Notes: generated by a model not told the origin, from the letters alone. A stretch of 64,000 bases of DNA from Macrostomum lignano (GCA_002269645.1 NIVC01000111.1:289633-353632), one strand, 5' to 3'. Numbered from the stretch's first letter, positions 36,669-48,644 are shown. Made by a program: numbers and translations.

Positions 36669-37128
36669 GTTTTGATTTTTATAGGTAGAGATAATAGTCC
36701 TTACAATAGAAAGATAATGCACAAGCTGCTAGTTGATTACAAATGAGTTACCTTATTCACTATTTGGCAGCAAACAAATTGGCAATAGACTAATTTACTA
36801 AATGGCAAATGCTACTAGATCTAAGTCCTTATCACAACAACCACTAATAATAATGATGGGTTTATTTGACTGGCAGTAGGCAAAACTACTAACTAAATAA
36901 AAAAGTGACAAGTTTATTAGACCCATACTAGTTAAATAGTAGCAAACTTTTTTGACCAGTGCTGGCTAAATAAGCACTGCCTAATATAATAATTTCATCA
37001 ACACCAGAACATGTATCATGTAGCTAAATATAAACCATCATATATTGTTATTGTATATCACATACAAACGAAATTATTTAGAAAATGTATTCCTGTTTGT
37101 TATAGACAATTATAATTCGCAGTACTTA

Positions 37129-37251
<123 letters not shown>

Positions 37252-37412
37252 TTAATCTGAAGTTTATTTTGAAGCTAAATTTTCAGAATGTAGAGAAGAT
37301 TTGCAGAAACAAATTGAAATACGGAGCTATCGTTGAAAGACCTGAAGGATGTAACAACTTGAGCGTCAGAAATTATTATACGTGCGGCGGCGGTGCATTA
37401 ATCACAAGGACT

Positions 37413-37454
37413 TTTCGAGAATTTTCTTCTAGAATAATTACTTTAGGAAAATTC
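37413..37454. promoter_or_regulatory. Heat-shock elements upstream of Hsp110
   Basis: tTTCgaGAAttTTCt (three-pentamer HSE), then TTCtaGAA and GAAaaTTC, about 170-210 bp upstream of the ATG; TATAAT-like motif on minus near 37375. Confidence 0.75.
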
Positions 37455-38829
37455 TTGTCATTTTCAAAAGTTTATAAGCAAATAAATTTTAAATAGTTAG
37501 CAATTTTGAATGCTAGTTTTAACTTCTTGCCATCAAGTTTAAACATTTTTCAAGTTTTGTTTTAATACTGCATCGTAATTTTTCAAGACTATATACAAAC
37601 CTCTCTCTCCTTATAAATTTTATACAGAGCTTTATACAGAGCGTGTATATACATTATACATGTAATGCAACGTCATCAACAACGTACTAGAAATGATGAC
37701 CCCATGGTACAAAATGCCGTAAAATGAAAGATCGCGTAAATTTTGGAGGCCCTAACGTGTTGTCCATTCTATAAATTAAAGCAATGCTAATTTTCACTGC
37801 CCCAGATCAAATGCAGTCGCGCCCTCACAAAATTCTACATTGATGCCCCGCAAAAAGTAAGAGTCATTGCGCGGATTTGTAAAGTACAGGGACTACATGT
37901 ACTTTACACGAGTGCAGATTTTTATACGACATTGTCTATAAATTAAACACCGTGAAAAGTGGGTCCTGAACAAAAAAGCTCACTACACTCCTCTCAAAAC
38001 AAAGATTGACAAAAGTCGAGTTGTTCATCTTTTAGAGGAATAAATTCTGTACAGAATGGCGAAAAAACAGCTTTTGATCTAAGTTCAATTGCAATAATTA
38101 ATTCTAGGGGGGGGGGGGGGCTGGAAAAAACCAGTCTCCATTTTAAAACTATTTTCAGCATGATGTGGCCATGCAGTTTTCTGTCCCTATAGTTTAAGTG
38201 AGTCCCTGGATTTGTAATTGAAAAAACGATCCGTCCCTATACATGTACATGAACTTTGACACATGCATATGTACGAGCTTTGGAGCGTATATCGCGATCC
38301 GCTCTTCGCTGTGTATAGTTAGGATAAATTGGCCTCCAAAAACTTACACAATCTTTGAGTTTTACGCCTTGTTATTATTATGGTCCTTGCAGAGAGGGCT
38401 TACATCACATGTATGAATCTATACCTATGTTAATTATGCATACTGTATCGTTTCCCTTTTTAAGAGCAGCTTTGATATTGCATGAACTAAATTACTATCG
38501 TCACTGGTACAGTAACATGTAAATTCTGTACATTACATGTATTCCGAAATTGATTGCAAGGACCACTAGAAGTTACCACTAGTAGTACGTGCACGTCTTT
38601 GTTTGACTGACATGCACATATACAAGATCAATGTACATTTACCTGGCCATATGAATAAAGTGAGCAATAACTGGCGAGTTTCACCACAAACTCTGAGATG
38701 GAGCAAGAGCTCGAACTCGAGCAACTGCTCTGATCTGGGGCAGCTAGTTGCTCAATGTTCATATGAATAAAGAAATTTCTCAAATAAATGCGGAGCTATT
38801 TGCTCCTCATTCTGAGTAACTCCTTGGCA

Positions 38830-39170
38830 CCTCTTGGCCATAGACGAAGAGAAAGCGGTCTCCGGCATCTCTCGTGTGTCGTATAAATCGCCTTATCTTT
38901 CGTCCTATAGCGTCTGTCTCGAAGTAGAAGTAAACAATTAGCTTAGCTTTGCGTCAGTTTGATTTCAACAGGAATTCAACAGAGATGGGCCCTGTAGAAA
39001 CTGACTACGAAGAGGTCCCAGAAACCCAACGCTTTCACGAGAGAAGCGAAAGAGCCGCTTATACTCATACTCGCGATACACGTCCATACTGTGTCGCTCC
39101 ATATATAGTTCTCGCTCCGCAGGCACTCTGTCTGGAATGAATTCGGCCATCTGGAATAACACAAGTAGCC
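38830..39170 (-). pseudogene. Degenerate PIF/Harbinger-like transposase fragments
   Basis: ERELYMERHSMDVYREYEYKRLFRFSRESVGFL resembles the Harbinger N-terminal RFxRESxxxL motif; downstream DAGDRFLFVY resembles the DDE-core DAxYRFxFVD; broken by stops and frameshifts. Confidence 0.4.
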
Positions 39171-39249
39171 AGTGGCAGGCCGTGGCTGGGAGATTCCCTT
39201 TCAAAGCAGTGGCTAAATGCTGCTCAACCAGTGAGTCTACTACAGAGGA

Positions 39250-41170
39250 GACTCAACTTAGAGCAGGGCGCGTCAGATGGCGCGCCGCAGAGCCTGGGAG
39301 CGAACAAAGTCCGCTCCGTTGGCAGTGTCGGGCGCCCCAGCGTCGCACAGCAGGCAGTCCACGTATCGACGGGTTCGGGCCTGACCCCGCCTGAACGGAC
39401 CCTGCAAGGTGAGCAGCAGAAAGTCCTGAACAGGTTGGGGGCAGTAGCCCTCAGCCCGGATCACGTGACCCGCCAGTTGAGGTCGCCGTCGGCGCAGAAT
39501 GATGGACGGGCGCTGCAGCTTGGCCCAATCGTACAGGGCCTCGGTCCCGACGCTCTCGTCAGCTCGAAAGGCCGCACGGAGCAGCCCTGAGTGCGCCGAG
39601 TCCAGCTGCCGCTCTAGCGTAGCCCTCAGCGTCCACGTCTCGGCGTTGTATAGCAGGACGGTTTCGACCACCGCCTGCCACAGCCGAGCCCTCTGGCGGT
39701 CGGGCAGCGCTTCGGACTGGAGGACGGCCCGGATCGAACAAAAGGCCGCCCAGGCAAGTCCTCTGCGCCGCCGGAGGTCCTTCCACGTGGGGCACCAGAC
39801 CGCCGAGGTAGGTGAACCGCGCGCTGGCAGCGTGCGAGCCTGGTCGTCTGCCCGTCTGCGAAGCGACATGTCAGGTCCGCTGGGATGTCGGCCGGCACAG
39901 TCAGCACCTCGGTCTTCAGCGTGTTGACGATCAGACCAACGCTCGATGCCACCTCGACCAGCCTGTCAATCTGGCGCTGGGCGCCTTCATCGGACGAGGA
40001 CAGGAGGGCGAGGTCGTCAGCGTAGCCAAGCACGCTTAGGCGTTTTTCGCCGTGGCGGTGACCGATGCGTCTGCGCAGCAGGAAGCCGTCATTAGCCGAG
40101 GGAGTGCGGTCCGAAGCACCCAGTCCAGCAGCAGAACGAAGAGGAACGGCGCTAGCGTGTCGCCCTGCAGAACTCCTGATGAGGTATCGAACAGGTCAGA
40201 CAGGCCGTCCGCCGTCACCACAGCAGCTCGAGTATCGCAATACAGCGCCATGACAGCGTCGATTAGCTGCTGGGGTACCCGGTAGGCTCGAAGGACGAAG
40301 GGAAGCGCGGCTCTCAACACCGAGTCAAACGCCTTTCGAAAGTCAACGAAGACAATGATCAGCGTAGACTGGCGGATGCGCGCCTCCTCGATGACACGGC
40401 GGAGTGCGAGGATCTGTGTCACTGTACCGCGTTGCGGCCGGAATCCGTTCTGCTCGTACCGCAGGTACGGGTCCAGCACCGACTGCAGACGATCGAGCAG
40501 CAGCCGGTTGAAGAGCTTCGCGGTGCAGGACATCAGCGAGATCCCGCGGTGGTCTTCCTTCCGCATTGTCCCTGCCTTCTTTGGGATCGGCACGATGTGC
40601 GCGACTGTCAACTCGGTAAGCGCAAGAGCGCCGGCGAGCACGCGGTTCATGACGCCTGTGACCTGGGAGGCCACACAGCGGAGCCGCAGCGCTTCGACCG
40701 GGACTTCATCGGGGCCGAGCGCCTTGCCGCCTGATGTTTTCCGAGCGTACAGCACAACATCCTCCGTGGTGACTGGCCTGGTGCAGAAGTCCTCCTCAGC
40801 TGGGAGCGGCGTGTCCAGTGGGAGCGCAAAGCTGGCGGGCAGCGGCGACGCGGGCGCGTTCACGATGCCGGCGAAGAAGTCGCGCAATTCATTCCTGCGC
40901 TCCTCCGGGGTGTCGCCGGCCAGGTTCAGCGCCACGCGCTTTTTGCGCCCCGTCAGAGTCCGGACGGCCGTCCACACTGCGCGGCTCTTCACGTCGGGGC
41001 CGGCTGCAGTGATGGACCTAATGGCGTCGTCGACAGCGGCCTGCTGCCGCTCGTCTAGAAGGCGCTCAAATGCATCTTCAGCGTCGCCTGTGGGCCTCCG
41101 GTTTCTGCTGAGTCGCTCGATGTTGAGCCGCGTCTGCCTGATGATGGGACCTCGGATGTCAGTGCTGTCA
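39250..41170 (-). mobile_element. 5'-truncated non-LTR retrotransposon (RTE-like LINE), reverse transcriptase with at least three frameshifts
   Basis: KALGPD, YEQNGFRPQRG, IIVFVDFRKAFDSV, GVLQGDTLAPFLF, GYADDL, FTYLG, VETVLLYNAETWTL, LAGHVIR; ORF pieces 40036-40992, 39626-40033, 39273-39869. Confidence 0.9.
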
Positions 41171-42792
41171 TGAACATGTCAAGACAAATTGTCTATGACC
41201 AGAGTTAATTCATACAGTTTTTTGTTCTTATTTCTCCCCCTTGTTTTCTATCCTATCTGTCCATCAAGCAATTCTTTCTATTTAACTTTGGATGTTTTAC
41301 GAAAATTATACAAAAAGTACGAGTACATGTCAAGGACTGCTAAAGTAGGACTCAACAAGCTCGAACTCTATGGAAAATGCCTTGAAGGCCACTTTTCGCC
41401 GAAAAAGACACTACGGGGATAGGAAGTTTTCATTTTTCAGCATAAAAATTGTTATTGTTTTCGATAGGAAGCAGATCCAATGTTCATCTTTTGCTATAGA
41501 AATTGTGCCTTTCTTGATAGCTCTATTGATCGATATTCATAAAGCTTTTTGTTCAGAAAATTAGGACTCTTGTTAATTTTTTATTCTACGTACATTTTCT
41601 TGTACCTTAAAAACCATAAAAATGCATGTCACAGTAGAGCTGAGCCGCGCCAATTTAATGGTTTTTAGACACAGGACATGCAATTGTACGTAATTGCGTC
41701 TGTAGCAAGTGCACAACTCACCCCCACCTGGCCAAACCCGGTTCTCTCCGACGTTTGCAGGCCCGCGAGAGAATCCCGCTGCTCGCTTGGTACCTCAGGG
41801 ACACGGGACAAACTGAGTTCTCCCCCACCGCCGGTGAGGAGGACCGCGCTGCAGGCGAGACTGACGGGCCCCCTGAGCGACATCGCTTCAATGGAAGTCA
41901 TTGGTCGCCAGGGGCTAGCGAAATTGGCGCGGTCTCCTCCGCCTCCTCGCTGCATCCGCCGGACGCCCCTTGCAGCTAAGTCAAAGTAAGTGTCAAGTAC
42001 ATGTGCAATGCATGTGCATATTAGCTGTGCAAAGCTGAGATGCCAATTGCGGATGCCACCGTGCTGCGGTCTGTAAAAGTCTAATAACTTTATCTACAGC
42101 TCTATCTCTAGCGAGCTAAAATAACCGAAACGAAAACAAATATTGTTGCAATTAAACCGACTTAGGCAAGTTTACAGAGCCCCCGCAGGCTTATCTATAC
42201 TGATTTCTATTGCCAGTAAATGATAACAAATATTTTGGCCAACATGTGACCGACTGATGCACCGAAGCTGCACTATTATACATTAAGAAGCAAGCAGAAT
42301 TTTTAGTAACCGTTACGTAATGCCCGGGAATATGATATAGCTGGCTCTCATATAGCGCATGTCTGTAATTAGTGCCCATTAATTCTGTGCATAAATATAG
42401 AAATTACTTCAAAGTAGATAAAAATCTGCAGTAAAATGATGTCTGTTAGTTAAAATTTGCATGCTTGCACACTGCGGACACACCGCAGCAGCTGCCACAT
42501 GCAACTCAAACAGTTGTTGAGTCGAGCCCGCGAGCGCACGCATTCTTATCTAACTGGCAGAGAAACTTTAAAAGATAACTATCTCTCCAACTAAGGCTTG
42601 GCTGCCTTGGCCATGCATGCAGTGAGCAGCGGGTCCTATAGCTCAGTCTTCTTCTGTAGAAGCTAAAAAGCAAAAAAAATCTCTCCGTTTTTAAACTGTC
42701 AAGGATTTCGCCTCAGCTCACTTAAGCTCAAAGAGAATTAGTTCCACAATATACTATCATTCATTTCGAGCTGCCGAACTGGAACATTGCGA

Positions 42793-42856
42793 ATGGAACT
42801 CGAGCCAACAAATAACAGTTCTGTTAATCAGCCCCTTAGTTGGGAGAAGTTAACAG
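42793..42856 (+). CDS. PH-3xSH2-like adaptor, exon 1 of 11 (tentative start)
   Basis: ATG GAA CTC...TTA ACA G|gtattt; phase 1 matches exon 2. Confidence 0.55.
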
Positions 42857-42964
42857 GTATTTAGTTTACATCATTTGCTCATGTAACTTAATTTAGACCC
42901 ATCTTTGTGTGTGAGGAGCTGTTCATACATAAATGCATCATCAACTTAATTAATGCTTTTCCAG

Positions 42965-43066
42965 CTGGCCTCATTGACAAAATTCTGCCCAATGACAACA
43001 GCAAAGTGCTGTACAAAGGCTTCATCTGTTTGAGAGACTGGTTTGATGACGACAAAGAGGATCAAT
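42965..43066 (+). CDS. PH-3xSH2-like adaptor exon 2 (PH start)
   Basis: ttttccag|, GLIDKILP...VLYKGFICLRDW, donor T|gtaaga. Confidence 0.75.
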
Positions 43067-43074
43067 GTAAGAGC

Positions 43075-43835
43075 TTGTGTACTGTACCAGATTGTGACCT
43101 GTACTGTACCAGATTGTGACCTGTACTGTACCAGATTGTGACCTGTACTGTACCAGATTGTGACCTGTACTGTACCAGATTGTGACCTGTACTGTACCAG
43201 ATTGTGACCTGTACTGTACCAGATTGTGACCTGTACTGTACCAGATTGTGACCTGTACTGTACCAGATTGTGACCTGTACTGTACCAGATTGTGACCTGT
43301 ACTGTACCAGATTGTGACCTGTACTGTACCAGATTGTGACCTGTACTGTACCAGATTGTGACCTGTACTGTACCAGATTAAAGTCTACATGTAGCTGTAC
43401 TGTACCACATTGGAGTTTAGCTGTACTGTACCAGATTAGAGTCTAGCTGTACTGTACCAGATTGTGACCTGTACTGTACCAGATTGGAGTCTAGCTGTAC
43501 TGTACCAGATTGTGACCTGTACTGTATCACATTGGAGTTTAGCTGTACTGTACCAGATTAGAGTCTAGTTATACTGTACAAGATTGTGACCTGTACTGTA
43601 CCAGATTGGAGTCTATCTGTAATGTACCCAGATTTGAGTCTAGCTGTACTGTATCAGATTGGAGTCTAGTTGTACCGTACCAGATTGTTACCTGTACTGT
43701 ACCTAAATTAGGGGTCTGTAAGCACTGTACCAGATTAGGAGTCTGTAAGCACTGTATCAGATTAGGGGTCTGTAAGCACTGTACCAGATTAGGGGTCTGT
43801 AAGCACTGTACCAGATTAGGGGTCTGTAAGCACTG
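43075..43835. repeat. 22-bp minisatellite (with a 27-bp variant at its end) filling intron 2
   Basis: Unit CTGTACTGTACCAGATTGTGAC. Confidence 0.95.
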
Positions 43836-43862
43836 TAACAATCTTCAATTTCCACACCCCAG

Positions 43863-43965
43863 GGTGCCACTACTGGGCGGTGATCCGTGCCGGTCATTTG
43901 TTTTTATTCCGCAACGCCGAGAAGTCTGCAATTTGTCAAAAGTACCACCTGCTGTGCCAATACTA
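43863..43965 (+). CDS. PH-3xSH2-like adaptor exon 3 (PH core)
   Basis: cccag|, WCHYWAVIRAGHLFLFRNAEK, donor TA|gtaagc. Confidence 0.8.
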
Positions 43966-45194
43966 GTAAGCTTCCAATTTGTTTAAACTGTTATGATTTC
44001 AGCGGATTTCTCGATCTTGTAGAGAAAATTTATAACTGGGATACATTTATGAGATGCTACTATAAGTAGGCTACACTAAGCAAAATATTACATAATGGAA
44101 GGCTTCAGTTCAATGCTAGAAAGAGTGAGACGAAAGATGGCATTTCTCGGGTTGTGCGCAATTCAATTGGCCTAGCTCTCGCTAGCCCAATGTTCTTAGG
44201 GTCCGCCCTGGAGGGGCTGTGCCTGATCTAAAAATAACCCTTTTTATTGCTATCCAATCAATTTGGCCCTCGGCCTTGGGTTAGGGGGGGGGGTGTACCT
44301 GGAGTGAGTTGGAGATCTGGACTGCAGTGTGGCTAGAACGGGACTTGAGCCCCCCCCCTGAGGCTGGCCCCGGGTTAGGGTTCAGGTGCTCCTCCCATTC
44401 TGCCATTCTTTGTGTTTTTATCTGGGCTGGCATCCCCGTGTTTTTATCCCTTTGTATTTTACCCGACCATTAGATTGCCATTCCAAATCTTGGAGTTATG
44501 AGCTCTGCCCTACCTGCCCGGTCCATCTGTTGTCTCCTCTGGTTGTCTCCCTGCCTATTGTGTCTTGGCTCTCATCTCTGACAGTGGATTGGAGTCCTAG
44601 CTGGGCTGGATGTTCGTCCCGAATCGGGGAAAACCGGCTGAGTCCGGTTTCCTCTTGCCCCTTGTGCCCCTCTCCGCCGCCCCCTTGGCCTGGCCTCCAA
44701 TATAGAGCTGGATAAGTGATACCCTTGAGGCTTGCAGCCCTATAAGAGGATTTTAGGAGCTTTTACCCCTTGACAGGAGACTCGCTCTCGGAAACAAGCC
44801 TTCCAGACTCACTCCAATATTAAGCCATTTCCGTAGACTTCAGGATATTCCCTGCTCTCGGACCGCTTTCAGTAGTAACCCAAACATTTTTTATTCCAAT
44901 TATTTTTTCGCGCACTCCCGAGATCTGTCTGCTGGGTGGTGGCCTGGGTGGAATTTCCTTGCACCGTCCCTGATTCCACTAATATTGGGTTGGCGGTGTC
45001 TTAGTCCATAAGGCTTGGGTTAGTAGCTCCCCTGGCCCAGACGTCAGGGTCCAACCTCGGGGTATCTCGGGCTAAGGCCCCTGGAAGTGCCCCTCAGCGG
45101 CAGAGCCCCTCCCAGAGCTGATCCGCGGGTAGCCCCCGGCTTCCCACACCCGTTTAACAACAACAGATCTCCTATTAGCACTCCTATCTCCTAT

Positions 45195-45994
45195 GATGCT
45201 GGGGATCTGCGGATAGAGCAGGTGATGCTGGGGATCTGCGGGTGGTGATTCTGGGGATCTGCGGGTGGTGATTCTGGGGATCTGCGGGTGGTGATTCTGG
45301 GATCTGCGGGTGGTGATTCTGGGGATCTGCGGGTGGTGATTCTGGGGATCTGTGGATGGAGGATGTGATGCTGGAGATCTGCGGGTGGTGACTCTGGGGA
45401 TCTGTGGATGGAGGATGTGATGCTGGGGATCTGCGGGTGGAGCAGGTGATGCTGGGGATCTGCGGGTGGAGCAGGTGATTTTGGGGATCTGCGGATGGAG
45501 GATGTGATGCTGGGGATCTGCGGATAGAGCAGGTGATGCTGGGGATCTGCGGATAGAGCAGGTGATGCTATGGATCTGTGGATAGAGCAGGTGATGCTGG
45601 GGATCTGTGGATAGAGCAGGTGATGCTGGGGATCTGCGGATAGAGCAGATGATGCTGAGGATTTGTGCATGGAGCAGGTGATGCTGAGGATTTGTGCATG
45701 GAGCAGGTGATGCTGGGGATCTGCGGATAGAGCAGGTGATGCTGGGGATCTGTGGATAGAGCAGGTGATGCTGGGGATCTGCGGATAGAGCAGATGATGC
45801 TGAGGATTTGTGCATGGAGCAGGTGATGCTGAGGATTTGTGCATGGAGCAGGTGATGCTGGGGATCTGCGGATAGAGCAGGTGATGCTGCGGATCTGTGG
45901 ATAGAGCAGGTGATGCTGAGGATTTGTGCATGGAGCAGGTGATGCTGGGGAGCTGTGCATGGAGCAGGTGATGCTGGGGAGCTGTGCATGGAGC
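45195..45994 (+). repeat. 29-bp minisatellite, forward copy block upstream of exon 4
   Basis: Unit AGCAGGTGATGCTGGGGATCTGCGGATAG. Confidence 0.95.
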
Positions 45995-46047
45995 ATGCAA
46001 TTTCACGATGTTTACCGCGAACCGAAAAACTAACCAACCAACCACAG

Positions 46048-46462
46048 CTTCGACTCGATGGAGAAGCGACACCACAGGCCGAAGGGCATGCTGTTTTGCC
46101 GGCTGCGAGCTCGCACGGACGCCACGGTGTGTCGGCCCGAGTCCAGCGGCGAGCTTGAGCTCGGCTGGACGGACGCGTACAGCTGGGAGCGGCCCCTGAA
46201 GAACAGCGTCGGAGGCCGGGAGGGCAAGTCCGCCGAGCTTGACGAGCTGGCAAGGCGTCGACGCGAAGAAGGTCTGCTGGCCTACCGCAGGTTGATGATC
46301 GCGCTGCGCTCGCAGGCCAAAGCCGACGCTCTTGAAGCAGCAGAAGCTGGTGAAAACTCCATTGCCCAAGTCAACGGAGCCTTCTCTGGAGAAAGCGACA
46401 GCGCGGACGTGACAAACTTCGACAGCATGCACGACATTCCGCTGCCGAGGCGAACGCCGAAG
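46048..46462 (+). CDS. PH-3xSH2-like adaptor exon 4 (PH end plus linker)
   Basis: cacag|C TTC GAC (phase 2), ...WTDAYSWERPLKNSV...DIPLPRRTPK, donor AAG|gtttga. Confidence 0.75.
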
Positions 46463-46533
46463 GTTTGAAATTATTTGCAGGGATTTTGTAGGTAGAGACT
46501 CGACCTGATCTCCTTCCAGAATCTTCTCCTTTG

Positions 46534-46849
46534 TCCACAGATCCCCAGCATCACCTGCTCCATCCACAGATCCCCAGCATCACTTGCTCCATCCACAGAT
46601 CCCCAGCATCACATGCTCCATCCACAGATCCGCAGCATCACCTGCTCCATCCACAGATCCTCAGCATCACCTGCTTCATCCACAGATCCCCAGCATCACA
46701 TGATCCATCCACAGATCCTCAGCATCACCTGCTGCATCCACAGATCCTCAGCATCACCTGCTGCATCCACAGTTCCCCAGCATCACCTGCTCCATCCACA
46801 GATCCTCAGCATCACCTGCTGCATCCACAGATCCTTAGCATCACCTGCT
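46534..46849 (-). repeat. Same 29-bp minisatellite in inverted orientation downstream of exon 4
   Basis: Unit ATCCACAGATCCCCAGCATCACCTGCTCC is the reverse complement of the 45195-45994 unit. Confidence 0.95.
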
Positions 46850-46969
46850 ACACCCTATCTCTTATCACCTGATCCTCATCAAACCCATCCCTTCTGACGC
46901 TGAGCTGGCAAAGCCGCTTGTGTCGCATGCGGTTCTCACGGAGCTGCACCCGCCCCCAAATACCCTCAG

Positions 46970-47510
46970 AAGTTCCCATTCGCCAACTTCGGCCTCAAAA
47001 AGTCCAAACCGAACTCCTACGAAGAGTCGTTCGGCACGCTACCCAGGCAGATTCCGGACGATCCGCAGCCGAGTTTTGAAACGCCGGCCGATGAGGCGAT
47101 CTACGATGACGCCATGGATTCTGGAATGACGGCAGCCTTAGCCAACAGGCAGTCTGAATCGCAGGTGGAAGAGGTCTACGATGAGGCAACGGAGTCTCCA
47201 CAACCGTCGGCTGAACTGGCGACCGGCCATGCCGACGAGGACCACTACGAAATTCCAGATGCCACCGACCCACCTGCTGCAAAGGCCTGGATGACTTCGA
47301 ACAATGACTCGAGACCTTCACGACCGCAGCAGCCGCTGCCACCGAAGCCTCGATTGCCTGCTGCCGCTACAGCTGCCTCTGGTTTTGCTTCTGCTTCTGC
47401 CGCTGGCGGCTGGAGAAAATGGTGACCAGCTACCAGCCGATCGACGCGTCAGTGAGATATTTCTATCAGGCCTATCAGAACCCGGCTGGACAAGCGGCTG
47501 AAGCTACTGT
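46970..47510 (+). CDS. PH-3xSH2-like adaptor exon 5 (Tyr/Pro-rich region and SH2 start); 1-nt frameshift near 47410
   Basis: ctcag|AAG TTC; SYEES, IYDDA, VYDEA, HYEIP, PLPPKP; then LEKMVTSYQ...RYFYQAYQNPAGQAAEAT in another frame; donor GT|gtgagt. Confidence 0.65.
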
Positions 47511-47910
47511 GTGAGTCTGATTGGCTGTGTCTGATTAGTAGCTGTGTCTGATTGGCTGTGTCTGATTGGCGGTGTCTAATTAGCTGTGTCTGATTGGCTG
47601 TGTCTGATTGGTAGCTGTGTCTGATTGGCTGTGTCTGATTGGCGGTGTCTAATTGGCTGTGTCTGATTGGCTGTGTCTGATTGGCGGTGTCTAATTGGCT
47701 GTGTCTGATTGGTAGCTGTGTCTGATTGGCTGTGTCTGATTGGCTGTGTCTAATTGGCTGTGTCTGATTGGCTGTGTCTGATTGGCGGTGTCTAATTGGT
47801 TGTGTCTGATTGGCTGTGTCTGATTGGCGGTGTCTAATTGGCTGTGTCTGATTGGCTGTGTCTGATTGGCTGTGTCTCATTGGTGGCTGTGTCTCATTGG
47901 CTGTGTCTGG
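47511..47910. repeat. 14-bp minisatellite starting at the splice donor
   Basis: Unit GTGTCTGATTGGCT. Confidence 0.93.
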
Positions 47911-48033
47911 GATTACGGAACTGACCTAAAAACAGGTCATGTGAGACGTATAGACATCCAGGACACCCAGGTGCCCTCAACAGTTACTCTAGAGAGCCCG
48001 AGATACTAAAACGACCCTCAAATTTCCCAACAG

Positions 48034-48306
48034 GAAGCTCTACCAAACCCCGCGCGGCACTTTCTGCGTTGTTGGTTTCACATCCAGCAAGCCGCTTAAA
48101 GTGTTTCTGCTGCTCGTGCAGACTGGCAGACGGGTGGCCACCTATCAGGTGTGCGAGCAGAGCGGCGGGTTCAAGGTGCTGCCATCGGAGGAGCGCCACC
48201 ACAGCATGAGCCAGCTGCTGTACCACCACCACATCTTTGACCTGCCCGTTAGCGATTCCAATCCAGAGACCGGGGTCCGGCTCCTTAGACCGCTTGACGG
48301 CGATGA
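48034..48306 (+). CDS. PH-3xSH2-like adaptor exon 6 (SH2-like domain 1, SH3BP2-like)
   Basis: KLYQTPRGTFCVVGFTSSKPLKVFLLLVQTGRRVATYQV...HHSMSQLLYHHHIFDLP...VRLLRP; donor GA|gtgaga, with TGA at 48308-48310 if unspliced. Confidence 0.75.
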
Positions 48307-48329
48307 GTGAGAAGATGGAAGGGCGGAGA

Positions 48330-48392
48330 AACAGACAGACGGACAGACAGACAGACACACAGGCAGACAGACAGACAGACAGACAGACAGGC

Positions 48393-48441
<49 letters not shown>

Positions 48442-48475
48442 CACAGGCAGACAGACAGACAGGCAGGCAGACAGG

Positions 48476-48513
<38 letters not shown>

Positions 48514-48524
48514 GGCAGGCAGGC

Positions 48525-48557
<33 letters not shown>

Positions 48558-48576
48558 GGCAGACAGGCAGACAGGC

Positions 48577-48621
<45 letters not shown>

Positions 48622-48644
48622 GGCAGACAGGCAGACAGACAGGC

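Larger units (their letters stand above)
28448..36691 (-). mobile_element. Full-length autonomous Helitron (8244 bp) in Hsp110 intron 1
   Basis: 5' end A|TCTCTACCTATAAAAATC followed by (CTGT)n; 3' GC hairpin CCCGGGTT...AATCCGCGGG then CAACAG-CTTG|T; inserted between A and T with no TSD; intact RepHel ORF. Confidence 0.88.

Noticed and set aside
44200-45190. GC-rich intronic block suspected to be an LTR or LINE 5' UTR
   Set aside because: No TG..CA ends, PBS, TSD or second copy in the window
45072-46567. 393-aa and 458-aa minus-strand ORFs
   Set aside because: Run through the 29-bp array and antisense of a real plus-strand exon
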